The notes beneath the pieces were generated by a model, which saw nothing but the letters and a program-made list of their open reading frames with translations, did no database searches and was not told the DNA's origin. From the IMG/VR virus record IMGVR_UViG_3300032820_000005: 64,000 bases of DNA. One strand, 5' to 3'. Source of the stretch: an uncultured virus (IMG/VR IMGVR_UViG_3300032820_000005) (Duplodnaviria > Heunggongvirae > Uroviricota > Caudoviricetes). The translations under genes and the position numbers were made by a program. Below are positions 29,173-38,340 of this stretch, piece after piece. The stretch's first letter is position 1, and each line of letters starts with the position of its first letter.

Positions 29173-29610
29173 ATGGCGTATTCAGGTAAATTCATTCCCA
29201 AAAATAGAAATAAATACAAAGGCAATCCTAAAAAAATTGTGTATAGATCTCTATGGGAAAGAAGCTTTATGAAATACTGTGATAGTAATCCATCTATACT
29301 AGAATGGTCAAGTGAAGAAATAATTATACCTTATTATTCACCAGTTGACAAAAAATACAGAAGATATTTTCCCGACTTCTTTATAAAAAGTCTAAATAAA
29401 GATGGAACTATATCTAAGAAAATTATAGAAATAAAACCAAAGAAACAAACTGTTCCGCCTAAAAAACCAAAGAAGAAAAGATCAAAAAGATATTTAACTG
29501 AATCAAAAACCTATGTCACCAATCATTCAAAATGGGAAGCAGCTAAAAAGTACTGCCAGAAAAGAAAATGGATATTTCAAATACTAACCGAAGATCATCT
29601 TTATAAATAA
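29173..29610 (+). CDS. gp4: Head completion protein gp4 (TnsA-like nuclease fold)
   Basis: KYKGNPKKIVYRSLWE, WSSEEIIIPY, RYFPDF, IEIKPKKQT, KWEAA, ILTE. Confidence 0.92.
   Translation: MAYSGKFIPKNRNKYKGNPKKIVYRSLWERSFMKYCDSNPSILEWSSEEIIIPYYSPVDKKYRRYFPDFFIKSLNKDGTISKKIIEIKPKKQTVPPKKPKKKRSKRYLTESKTYVTNHSKWEAAKKYCQKRKWIFQILTEDHLYK
29602..29609 (+). promoter_or_regulatory. T4-type late promoter TATAAATA
   Basis: Exact match immediately upstream of gp2. Confidence 0.55.
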
Positions 29611-29614
29611 TTTT

Positions 29615-30199
29615 ATGTTAGCCGAAGTAGCAAGATTTTTTCAATCACAAAAACAGCCTGGAGTCAAAGCTGACGAATCAGCCAGAAAATGGTTTAGAGC
29701 ACAACTACAAAAATTAAAAGTACGTGTACCAGCTACTCTGAGGAAAAAAGCAGGTGATTTAGATCGAACAGTTAAAATTGGCCATATGTACATGTTCTTC
29801 TATGAACCTAAAACTAAATCGAGATTGGATTATTATGACAAATATCCATTGGCAATAATTATAGGCAGAAGCAGTAATGGATTTAGTGCACTGAATCTAC
29901 ATTACATACAACCAAAACACAGAGCTATGTTGATCAATAATCTAAGGCCATTGATAAGTCCACATATAAAGCTGATGGACAGAGTAAGTATTAGCTACAG
30001 TATATTAAAACAAACTGCTAAATATATGTTTTTCAGACCATGTTTCAAAAGATACTTATACGCTCAATGTAAAAGTTTATTTCTAAAAGTCGATGACGAT
30101 GATTGGTTCTCAACTATAATGCTACCCACTGAAAAATTCATTAAGGGTAGAAAGCAAGATGTGTGGAACGATTCAAGGAGATCTTTACGTGCAAAGTAA
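29615..30199 (+). CDS. gp2: DNA end protector protein gp2
   Basis: GHMYMFFYEPKTK, YYDKYPL, LNLHYI, PCFKRYL, LPTEKF, VWNDS. Confidence 0.9.
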   Translation: MLAEVARFFQSQKQPGVKADESARKWFRAQLQKLKVRVPATLRKKAGDLDRTVKIGHMYMFFYEPKTKSRLDYYDKYPLAIIIGRSSNGFSALNLHYIQPKHRAMLINNLRPLISPHIKLMDRVSISYSILKQTAKYMFFRPCFKRYLYAQCKSLFLKVDDDDWFSTIMLPTEKFIKGRKQDVWNDSRRSLRAK

Positions 30200-30797
30200 G
30201 CGAAGTAGCATTTCAACAATAAGAAGTTATTTAAAATCACAAGGTGGCCCAGCAATGGGCAACAGATACCAAGTATTGATCAATACTCCGCCAGGTTTAA
30301 TGCCTATTGAAAAGAAACCTTCAAATTTCTTTAATCCAGAAGCCCTCAGTATAATGTGCGACACTGCTTCCCTGCCAGGAATGGGTTTTGAAACTGGATC
30401 TATTCCTGATATTGGCCCAGATTATGTATATCCTTTTGAAGCCACCTTTGAGAATTTTGAATTAACTTTTAACTGCAGTGAAAATATGCAAGAAAGAATA
30501 TTTTTTAATAATTGGTTTCTCTATATACACCCAATAAATGATAGTAATTTTCCATTATATCAATTTAGAGCAAATTATGTAACAGATATGATAGTTACAA
30601 AATATAATATGCATGATGATATAACTTATAGAATAAAATTAATAGAAGCATTTCCTATCACTATGCCGAGTCAAGAACTCAGTTACGAAGGAAATGATAT
30701 TTTAAAACTTAACATTGAATTCAATTATAGTCGATGGGTAATGATGTACAACGACAAAGAAGAAGTTATACCCGGCAACGCACCAATATCAACATAG
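30189..30797 (+). CDS. gp54: Baseplate tail-tube initiator gp54 (tube-protein fold)
   Basis: NRYQVLI, MCDTASLPG, LTFNCSE, FFNNW, LIEAFPI, FNYSRW; GTG start after AAGGAG; synteny before gp26. Confidence 0.7.
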   Translation: MQSKRSSISTIRSYLKSQGGPAMGNRYQVLINTPPGLMPIEKKPSNFFNPEALSIMCDTASLPGMGFETGSIPDIGPDYVYPFEATFENFELTFNCSENMQERIFFNNWFLYIHPINDSNFPLYQFRANYVTDMIVTKYNMHDDITYRIKLIEAFPITMPSQELSYEGNDILKLNIEFNYSRWVMMYNDKEEVIPGNAPIST

Positions 30798-30809
30798 GAG
30801 ATTTTTAAT

Positions 30810-31517
30810 ATGGCTTTACCAAAACTTGATGTGCCTATTTACCAACTCACACTACCATCCAATAACAGAGAAATATCTTACAGGCCGTTCCTAGTAAAAG
30901 AAGAAAAAATACTTTTAATGGCCATGGAAGGTGAAGATCAATTGGAAATGATCAATGGTATTAAACAAATTATTACAAATTGTGTATCAGAAGAAATCAA
31001 TGTAGATAATCTTCCTGTTTTCGATTTAGAATATATTTTCCTCAATCTAAGAACCAAATCAATTGGAGCTGAAAGCGTAGTAGGATTATCTTGTCCAGAT
31101 TGTAATACTAGTAATCAAATGTCTATTGATTTAGAACAAGTAACGATAGAAAAATCTGAAAATCACAGCAATGAAATAAATCTAACAGATACAATTGGTA
31201 TCTCTATGAAATACCCTACAGTGAATATTTTAAAAAGTATTGATCCCAGCGGAGATATGAACGTTGAAGATACAATGAATATGATTCAAGATTGCGTAGG
31301 TTTTATTTGGAATGGTGATGATACACATGACATGGCAGATTATAACAAAGATGAAAAAGAAGAATTTTTTGAAGGATTGACTCAGGGGCAATTTGCTGAC
31401 ATTCAATCATTTTTTGAAACTATGCCCAAACTTTCACATAATGTAGATTACAATTGTAGAAGCTGTGATTATGATGATACAATAAAGGTAGAAGGGCTAC
31501 AAAATTTTTTCGGATAG
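30810..31517 (+). CDS. gp26: Baseplate hub assembly protein gp26
   Basis: MALPKL...YRPFLVKEEKILLMA, FDLEYIFLNLR.KSIG, FFETMPKL, EGLQNFF. Confidence 0.92.
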   Translation: MALPKLDVPIYQLTLPSNNREISYRPFLVKEEKILLMAMEGEDQLEMINGIKQIITNCVSEEINVDNLPVFDLEYIFLNLRTKSIGAESVVGLSCPDCNTSNQMSIDLEQVTIEKSENHSNEINLTDTIGISMKYPTVNILKSIDPSGDMNVEDTMNMIQDCVGFIWNGDDTHDMADYNKDEKEEFFEGLTQGQFADIQSFFETMPKLSHNVDYNCRSCDYDDTIKVEGLQNFFG

Positions 31518-31519
31518 CG

Positions 31520-31714
31520 TTGGGTCATGACAGTTTAAGTAATATGTATGTTACTAATTTTTCCATGATTCAACACCATAAATATAGCTTGAGTGAACTA
31601 GAAAATATGATGCCGTTCGAGAGAGAAATCTATATAGGTTTACTAAAAGATTACATAGAAAAGGAAAATGAAAGAATTCGCAAAGAAAATGCACGACTAA
31701 AATCCAAAAGGTAA
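31520..31714 (+). CDS. gp51: Baseplate hub assembly catalyst gp51
   Basis: NFSMIQHHKYSLSELENMMPFEREIY. Confidence 0.88.
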   Translation: MGHDSLSNMYVTNFSMIQHHKYSLSELENMMPFEREIYIGLLKDYIEKENERIRKENARLKSKR

Positions 31715-31718
31715 TTAA

Positions 31719-34094
31719 ATGGCTACAGATAGAGAAATAAAACATTTAGAAAGGCAACAACTTTTACAAACTCAACGTGATGCACTAAGCAAAGAAATCA
31801 GAGATAAGACTGCTAAAATTAAAGATGCCACAACTGAAGCTGATAAAAAATCCTTCCAATCTGAAAAAAACAATTTACTTCGGCAGAGAAAACAAGCTCG
31901 TGATCTCCAAAACCTATCTGATAATGTAAGACAATATGAAAAAAATAATGCAGACGCAACAGAACATCAACTAAATGAACGAAAATCTGTAATTCTAGCT
32001 GAGCATAAAGCCCAAGAAAAAATAAAACATATAAACAAAAAATTACAAACTGAAAAAAATAAATTATCTAAAACAGAAATAGACCATTTAAATGATGAAA
32101 AAAATAAAGCTGGAAAAGCAAGTAAATTATTAAAAGATAGACAAAAGCAAATAGAAAATAGAATAGCTGATCCACTTAACGTATTTCAAGGTTTATTTGG
32201 AAACATAGGTGAAAGTTTAACTGGTGGCCTTAAAGGTTTAGCTGAAACAACATCAGGAAAATTTAAAGAATCTGGCCTTGGTAAAACTATTGATCTAGGA
32301 TCGAAGTTATTTGGTAAAAGTGAAACTCTAGGCGATGATAAAATGTTTAGTGGTATACGAGAAATATTTACCGACCCTGCAATACTGAAACAAAAGAAAA
32401 TAGAATCAGAAATTGCAAAACAATCATTAGTCAGAGGAATGAGTGATACAGAAAAAGAAGAATTTGAAAGAAAAGAATCATTAGGTACATCAGGAAATCT
32501 AGCAGAAAATTTAATTGGTGGCATTGGAAAAGTATTTTCTCTTGGTAACATAGATATAGAACAATCCAGAAAAGAAGAAATAGAAAAAACAGATTTAGAA
32601 ACCCTCACAGAAAATACACAAGAAGCAAACTTAGAATTGGAATATGAACTAGAAACCCAAACCCAAGAATTAGAAAAAATTGATGATGCACTGCGCGGGA
32701 GTCCACCCTATCTGGAAGTAATAAGAGATACCTTAATCTTTATAAAAGATGATATATCTGCTATAAAGGATATATTTGTCACAGAAGAAAGAAAAGAAAG
32801 TGCAGGTAAAAAAGAAAAAGCAGCTGAAGAACAACAACGACATGATGAACTAGTTGCTGCTCAAGAAGGCACATCTATACCAGAAGAAGATAAAGAAATA
32901 GAAGTTAAAAGTCCTGGCTTCCTAGAAAAAATAGGTCAAGGATTAGGTGGTGGGCTAAAAGGTATTGTAACAGGAATATTTGACACAATCAAAGCTTTTG
33001 TAGATGGGATAAGCGGAGTTCTAAAATCCGCCTTAAATCTCATTAAAACATTTGTTGATGGTATTGGTAGTATTGTACAAAAAATAGCTAAAGTTATTAC
33101 CAGTACATTTATTACTTTAATGAAAGGTTTAGGTCAAGGTATTGCTTTCTTATTTAAAGCTTTAGGTAAAATAGATCCTTATACACTTACAATCGCTTCC
33201 ATAGCACTTGGTGTTTTAACTGTTGGGATGATTGGACTAGCTTTTGCATTTCGTATAATGGCCCCAGTGATTAAAATAGTAGCTGATTTATTAGTAGGTG
33301 TATTAGGTAAAATAGTAGAATTTGCAAAAGTATTAGTTCCTGTAATCAAAATAATATCAGAGACGATATTAGGCGTACTAGGTAAAATAGTAGAATTTGG
33401 TGCGCGAGTAATTGTACCTATCATCCAAACAATATCTAATACAATATTAGGACTAATGAATGGATTGATAACTTTTGTATCTACTGTAGGAAATTTAGTA
33501 ATCACTGGCATCCAAACTATCACTGCTTCTATTGTAGAATTAGCTAACATACCATTCCAAAATCTATTAGGTTTAGCTGCAGGATTTGTCACACTAGGCA
33601 TTTCACTAGCAGCATTTGGTATTACTAGTGCAATTGCGATACCATCTTTATTAGCTTTAGGTGCAGCTGCGTTAGGATTATCAAAACTACTAGACCATGA
33701 ACCTGAAAAGATAAGAAACCTAGCAGATGGATTTTTAATATTAGGTAAATCTGTCAAAGGATTCGCCAAAGATGCTAAAGCTCTTGGTGGCGTAGTACTA
33801 TCCATGGCTGCTCTAAGTGCGATACCATTCGCAGGAAAACTAATAGATCTAGCCATAGCTAAAACTGAATCATTGAATGTAGCTAGTACTGAACGAGAAG
33901 GAATATATAATACATCAGATCAAAATCAACAATTAAAAGATACAAGAACTGCTGATCAATCATCTTTAAATCAAAATAACATAGTTACTAGTAATATCAT
34001 TTCTAGCTCTAATCAAAATAACATTATCAAACCACAAATAAGAGATGAGTCTCTGCATTGGTCGATGGCTAATAACCTAGTCCAAACTATATAA
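31719..34094 (+). CDS. Tail tape-measure protein (gp29-like)
   Basis: Coiled-coil N-terminal half, amphipathic/hydrophobic repeats in the C-terminal half, N/S-rich tail; follows gp26-gp51. Confidence 0.75.
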   Translation: MATDREIKHLERQQLLQTQRDALSKEIRDKTAKIKDATTEADKKSFQSEKNNLLRQRKQARDLQNLSDNVRQYEKNNADATEHQLNERKSVILAEHKAQEKIKHINKKLQTEKNKLSKTEIDHLNDEKNKAGKASKLLKDRQKQIENRIADPLNVFQGLFGNIGESLTGGLKGLAETTSGKFKESGLGKTIDLGSKLFGKSETLGDDKMFSGIREIFTDPAILKQKKIESEIAKQSLVRGMSDTEKEEFERKESLGTSGNLAENLIGGIGKVFSLGNIDIEQSRKEEIEKTDLETLTENTQEANLELEYELETQTQELEKIDDALRGSPPYLEVIRDTLIFIKDDISAIKDIFVTEERKESAGKKEKAAEEQQRHDELVAAQEGTSIPEEDKEIEVKSPGFLEKIGQGLGGGLKGIVTGIFDTIKAFVDGISGVLKSALNLIKTFVDGIGSIVQKIAKVITSTFITLMKGLGQGIAFLFKALGKIDPYTLTIASIALGVLTVGMIGLAFAFRIMAPVIKIVADLLVGVLGKIVEFAKVLVPVIKIISETILGVLGKIVEFGARVIVPIIQTISNTILGLMNGLITFVSTVGNLVITGIQTITASIVELANIPFQNLLGLAAGFVTLGISLAAFGITSAIAIPSLLALGAAALGLSKLLDHEPEKIRNLADGFLILGKSVKGFAKDAKALGGVVLSMAALSAIPFAGKLIDLAIAKTESLNVASTEREGIYNTSDQNQQLKDTRTADQSSLNQNNIVTSNIISSSNQNNIIKPQIRDESLHWSMANNLVQTI

Positions 34095-34095
34095 C

Positions 34096-34131
34096 AAAAA
34101 AAGGGCTTCTGTTTTATCAGAAGCCCTTTTC
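34096..34131. terminator. Bidirectional rho-independent terminator
   Basis: AAGGGCTTCTG-loop-CAGAAGCCCTT flanked by an A-run and a T-run, between convergent tape-measure and gp32 genes. Confidence 0.9.
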
Positions 34132-34153
34132 TCTTACAAACTAAAACTAAATC

Positions 34154-35017
34154 TTAGTATTCTTCGTTAGCTAACTTCTGAAAATAAGAAAGTGTTTCAG
34201 TAGATTCCCCTGAAGCCTGTGCTGGAATATCAGGTTCATCGCTTTCATCAAATGGTGTAGCTATATCTTCACTATCATCAATACCAATACCCAATACTCG
34301 ATTGAGCTTGGCTTTCAATTCACCATAACTCTTAAACTTATCAGCTGCTAGGAAATCATTCAATAGATATTGCTTTTCCCATACTGATTGAAGTTCTTCA
34401 TCACTCCCGGCTAAAGGTGCAATCGGATCAAATTCAGATTTGTCATAATTGACATATCCTTCAACCATTCTGACTTTAATTTTGAAATTAGCACCTGTCC
34501 AAAAATCAAAAGGATTAACAGGCGATTCATCCTCAAATTCTGGATTCATTACATCATTGATTTTATCAAAGATCTTTTTACCATAACGAAAGATTCTGAC
34601 TTCACCTTCATTTTCAGGATTAGCTGGATCTTTAACTACTAAAATATTACTATAGTAATTCAAGCGACGTTTTTGTTTACGTGCCTGATCTTTCCCAGCC
34701 TGTGTACCATTGTTCCACAATGATGTATTGTATTCTGAAACTGGATCATTTTGTTGTAAAGTTGTCAATGAATTTTCAATGTACCAGCCACCTGGCCCTT
34801 GAAATCCATGATCCCATACTCGTATCCAAGGCAAATCTTCACCTTCACTTGGTGGTAAAAATCGAATAACTGCATACCCATTACCAGATTTATCACGTTC
34901 ACATTTCCAAATGCGATCATCCACGTAACTAGTAACCGTTTGAGTTTTTTCTAATTCAGTTGTTAAATTGGCGAGTTGAGATTGACGATTCTGCTTCATT
35001 TGTGCAAAACTAGACAT
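34154..35017 (-). CDS. gp32: Single-stranded DNA-binding protein gp32
   Basis: DDRIWK...GNGYAVIRFLP, HGFQGPGGWYIENSLTT, NPFDFWTGANFK, NYDKSEF. Confidence 0.96.
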   Translation of the reverse strand: MSSFAQMKQNRQSQLANLTTELEKTQTVTSYVDDRIWKCERDKSGNGYAVIRFLPPSEGEDLPWIRVWDHGFQGPGGWYIENSLTTLQQNDPVSEYNTSLWNNGTQAGKDQARKQKRRLNYYSNILVVKDPANPENEGEVRIFRYGKKIFDKINDVMNPEFEDESPVNPFDFWTGANFKIKVRMVEGYVNYDKSEFDPIAPLAGSDEELQSVWEKQYLLNDFLAADKFKSYGELKAKLNRVLGIGIDDSEDIATPFDESDEPDIPAQASGESTETLSYFQKLANEEY

Positions 35018-35034
35018 ATGTATCCTCTTATTCT

Positions 35035-35646
35035 TTATATTGCTGCGTGTAATTGCTTATTCATTACTACTGTATTGCGTAGTATATTACGATATTTACT
35101 TTCATCAACCTGAAGAAATTTTGAATACTTCTTGCAAGTCAAGCTTGTTTGTGGCCATCGACGTGTTTCTTTTATATCTGTGTCGAATTGCGGAATAAAG
35201 TCTAACAATTTATCCATTATAACAAATGTTTCAATAGATATATCATCAATCCTTTGTAAATCAAACAATACTGGCCATCCAGATCCATTGACAGAAAATA
35301 AACTATTGAAATTGTCAGTTACTTTATTCAATGATTTGATATCATTTTCAAATGTATAGCTCATTCTCTGTATACGTTTTTTCCATTCTTTGTATGTATC
35401 ATCTGCATCATCTCCGTACAATTTATTAAATTGTGATTCGGAAACAAAATGTGAAACAAACAAACCCAACAATTCACTTGAACGATATTTTCTACTTAAT
35501 CGCTCAAAAAAATGACAATCTTGCCTTTTATTAAATGTAGTCTCTTTACATTTAACTCCACCTGTTCCTTTAGTCATATCAAAATGTTCACTAGTAAAAT
35601 GCAACTTCACAGACAAATAAATCTTATAAACTTCAAACGCTGTCAT
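35035..35646 (-). CDS. gp59: Helicase loader gp59
   Basis: FEVYKIYLSVKLHFT, FNKRQD..FFERLSRKY, ISIETFVI; gp33-gp59-gp32 synteny. Confidence 0.9.
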   Translation of the reverse strand: MTAFEVYKIYLSVKLHFTSEHFDMTKGTGGVKCKETTFNKRQDCHFFERLSRKYRSSELLGLFVSHFVSESQFNKLYGDDADDTYKEWKKRIQRMSYTFENDIKSLNKVTDNFNSLFSVNGSGWPVLFDLQRIDDISIETFVIMDKLLDFIPQFDTDIKETRRWPQTSLTCKKYSKFLQVDESKYRNILRNTVVMNKQLHAAI

Positions 35647-35903
35647 ATTGGCAATTCAACTGTATTATCTACAATAAAATTCAATTTCTTAGCTTCAGTT
35701 TCAAGCTTATCCTTTAACTGTCTATTAACCAATTTTGGAATAATTGATGCATCAATATCTTTCTGAATGCAGTATTCCAAAACTGCATCTATATAACTCG
35801 ATTGATTTACTCTAACCATTTTCTCTATTTCAAGTGAAAAGGATTTTGAAGTATGTGAGTTAGTCAACTCCAAAAAATCTTTTTCACTTATTCCATTTTT
35901 CAT
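35643..35903 (-). CDS. gp33: Late-transcription co-activator gp33
   Basis: FSLEIEKMV, SYIDAVLEYC, LKDKLETEAKKLNF. Confidence 0.9.
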   Translation of the reverse strand: MKNGISEKDFLELTNSHTSKSFSLEIEKMVRVNQSSYIDAVLEYCIQKDIDASIIPKLVNRQLKDKLETEAKKLNFIVDNTVELPI

Positions 35904-35911
35904 TATACTAT

Positions 35912-35941
35912 ATTATACCATATCCAGCTAGCGTTTGTCAA
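35912..35941 (-). promoter_or_regulatory. Sigma70-type early promoter (TTGACA-N18-TATAAT, extended TG)
   Basis: Perfect -35 and -10 boxes upstream of gp33; one of eight similar copies in the window. Confidence 0.85.
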
Positions 35942-35950
35942 GGCTATTTT

Positions 35951-36781
35951 TTAGCCTTGTAACAATTGCAATACATTAGCAGACAATTGCTGTGCTTGAG
36001 CCATCAATGCGATAGCTGTTTGCTGTTCAATCCTGTAGCTGGTCAATTTAGCCATTTCTGAAGCTTCATCAAAATCATTGATACTAGCAATAGATTCCTC
36101 ATTAATACTAATCATACGTTCCATATGAGAAATAGTAAAATCGAACCTCTCGATTTTAGCTAACTGATTAGATCGTTCACCCTCTAATGTGGCCAAAGAA
36201 GCTTCCAATCGTGCCACTGCATCCTGAGCATCAGCAACAGTATCCAATTTTGAAGTAACAACTATAACACCCTGATCGTCAGTATAACCACCAAGTTGTA
36301 ATCCACTCCACGTAAGATCACCTAATTCAACACTAACAGATTGATCAACACTAACACCATCAATGATAAAACTCTTAGTTCCAAAAGTACCATCAATCAA
36401 TTCTGTTCCATCATATTCAGTATTTTTAGCAACATAATCAATCTCTTTAGATAGTTCATTGTATTCATCCATCAATGCTTGTCGCTGACTTGAAGTCAAT
36501 TGATCATCTTGAGCTTCAGCTGCAACTTCTTTCATTTTATTAACAACAGCTGTAATCGCATCAGTTCCTGCCAATGCTGACTCTAACAAATCCTGATTCT
36601 GTTTGACCACCTTATGGGCTGCCTGTAGAGTATGAATAGTATTATTGATCCTACCCACTCTAATTTTATCACCCGATCCTAAATCAGCTGTTCCAGATGC
36701 CAACCTAGACATAGTTTCTTCAACCATTCTAGTAGCTTCTTGATATCTACCTAAAGTTTGTGCGGTTATACCACTTAACAT
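35951..36781 (-). CDS. fliC: Flagellin-family protein
   Basis: N-terminal TMSRLASG, NKMKEVAAEA, RQALMDEYNELSKEIDYVAKNTEYDGTELIDG; C-terminal DFDEASEMAKLTSYRIEQQTAIALMAQAQQLSANVLQLL. GAGGT RBS precedes the ATG at 36781. Confidence 0.9.
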   Translation of the reverse strand: MLSGITAQTLGRYQEATRMVEETMSRLASGTADLGSGDKIRVGRINNTIHTLQAAHKVVKQNQDLLESALAGTDAITAVVNKMKEVAAEAQDDQLTSSQRQALMDEYNELSKEIDYVAKNTEYDGTELIDGTFGTKSFIIDGVSVDQSVSVELGDLTWSGLQLGGYTDDQGVIVVTSKLDTVADAQDAVARLEASLATLEGERSNQLAKIERFDFTISHMERMISINEESIASINDFDEASEMAKLTSYRIEQQTAIALMAQAQQLSANVLQLLQG

Positions 36782-36795
36782 ACAACTTACCTCTT

Positions 36796-36939
36796 TCATT
36801 TCCTATACTTACGTTTATTTAAATTATTATCTGACTTAACAGATTTAGAAATACTCTTAACTATCTTTCGATTAGTCTTTTGTCTTTGCTTAATTATTTC
36901 TTGATAATTTACATATATCCTTTCAACTCCAATAAACAT
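36796..36939 (-). CDS. Small basic hypothetical protein (47 aa)
   Basis: Manual translation MFIGVERIYVNYQEIIKQRQK...KYRK fills the gap upstream of the flagellin. Confidence 0.45.
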   Translation of the reverse strand: MFIGVERIYVNYQEIIKQRQKTNRKIVKSISKSVKSDNNLNKRKYRK

Positions 36940-36951
36940 AATCAAATACCC

Positions 36952-37161
36952 TTATGCTTTAACGTCCAAGTTACTGCCCCATTTTCTTGGGGCCATAACG
37001 TTTGAAGTTTCCGATTTAGAAACCTCATGTTTATTCCTTTCATGAGTAGATATTTGAGTTTTCATATGAGTTCTAGCAAGCTGCTTAGCTGACTGAACCT
37101 CTTGGAAAACTCTATAATAATCCATGGCACTCATTTTCTTTACACCATACGTGTCTATCAT
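36952..37161 (-). CDS. Small protein with a YjfB-like C-terminal motif
   Basis: Ends ...KWGSNLDVKA, resembling the GxNxDxxA terminus of YjfB-family putative motility proteins. Confidence 0.5.
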   Translation of the reverse strand: MIDTYGVKKMSAMDYYRVFQEVQSAKQLARTHMKTQISTHERNKHEVSKSETSNVMAPRKWGSNLDVKA

Positions 37162-37358
37162 TGTTCCCCCTCTTTCTCAATATATTCTGTAATTACTATT
37201 TTTATAGCCATAGAAATCCACTGAGAAATGATATTCGGATCATCAGTTTCCAAATGTGCAACAATTTTATTATACAAATCATCATCTAAATCAATATCAA
37301 CCTCTATCATCTTTTTCTGATCTGAATTTTTCACATAATCCTCGAACAGATCAAGCAC
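37158..37358 (-). CDS. Small hypothetical protein
   Basis: ORF overlapping both neighbours in operon fashion. Confidence 0.5.
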   Translation of the reverse strand: MLDLFEDYVKNSDQKKMIEVDIDLDDDLYNKIVAHLETDDPNIISQWISMAIKIVITEYIEKEGEQ

Positions 37359-38040
37359 TAATAATACTTTCCCATGATTTTAAATCATTCCAAGCACCAA
37401 TAGGATAGTTAAAATTATATTTTTCAGCTATTTGCTTGCCCATATTGGTAGCAGGTACTTCAACACCTTCAAAAACAAACGGAGTATTTAATTTTTTGAC
37501 ATGTTGACTATAAGCTTGAGAAATTTTACCCAAAGTTATACCAGAGCCAATACCAAAAGTTTCTCCTGACGTTTCTAAAATTTGAATTTCATCACCAAAT
37601 ATTTCCTGAATGCGAATAACAGCACCATCCTGCTTCCATTTTTTTGTAATAAATTTACATTTATTAAAGAATTCTTTAGCAGCCATAGTATCAGGTCTAA
37701 CAGCCAGATAAGATCGCTCAACTACATCAACCAGCTTATCAGCTGGGCACTGATCATAAGGAGTGTTCTCGATAGAACACTCTCGCCAATGCCCAACCAG
37801 CTGGTAAACACCCATCTTTTGACGATTGAACCAATCTCTTAAATCGCGATTTCTTTTGATATTTTCCTTTTTATCAAATTCACCACGATAAGCAGTGATA
37901 ATAATAAAATCCTCTTGATCTGATTTAACCTTCTGGATAATCCTAGATAAACCAGCTTCAGTGATTGCATTATTATTATCACTATCAGATCCCCAATCAT
38001 CATAAGTTAATGTGTTATGATATTGCTTAAATGTTTTCAT
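37351..38040 (-). CDS. Hypothetical protein, candidate capsid-internal protein
   Basis: Starts MKTFKQY (resembles the T4 capsid-targeting sequence); contains IITAYRG...ENIKRNRDL. Confidence 0.65.
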   Translation of the reverse strand: MKTFKQYHNTLTYDDWGSDSDNNNAITEAGLSRIIQKVKSDQEDFIIITAYRGEFDKKENIKRNRDLRDWFNRQKMGVYQLVGHWRECSIENTPYDQCPADKLVDVVERSYLAVRPDTMAAKEFFNKCKFITKKWKQDGAVIRIQEIFGDEIQILETSGETFGIGSGITLGKISQAYSQHVKKLNTPFVFEGVEVPATNMGKQIAEKYNFNYPIGAWNDLKSWESIISA

Positions 38041-38050
38041 TCAACCGCCC

Positions 38051-38329
38051 TCAACAACCAACCATATATTGATTATTCCTAGTATAATATTCTCGATCTC
38101 TAGCTTCTAAATACTCTGCAATTTCTTCAACCATAACATCAGTTTTAATTTCGGGAAACCTATCTAAAACAGATCCTATAAATCCATCTATTTCATCTCC
38201 ATATTCCCATCCAAATTCAGTAGACATATGAACATAAGCCATAAATTCTGGCAGACCACAATTAACTTTTTTTAGTTGTTCCCCTATGAAATCTTTCCTT
38301 GAATCTTTTTCATCTAAAAATACTGGCAT
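38051..38329 (-). CDS. Hypothetical protein
   Basis: 92-aa ORF with AGGAG RBS. Confidence 0.65.
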   Translation of the reverse strand: MPVFLDEKDSRKDFIGEQLKKVNCGLPEFMAYVHMSTEFGWEYGDEIDGFIGSVLDRFPEIKTDVMVEEIAEYLEARDREYYTRNNQYMVGC

Positions 38330-38340
38330 GATTTTCTCCT

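Noticed and set aside
29173..29610. TnsA transposase or homing endonuclease
   Set aside because: Sequence and position match T4 gp4 head-completion protein.
7524..33856. Numerous opposite-strand or nested ORFs in the track (e.g. 12093..12716, 24954..25346, 33179..33856)
   Set aside because: Shadow frames of long, well-supported structural genes.
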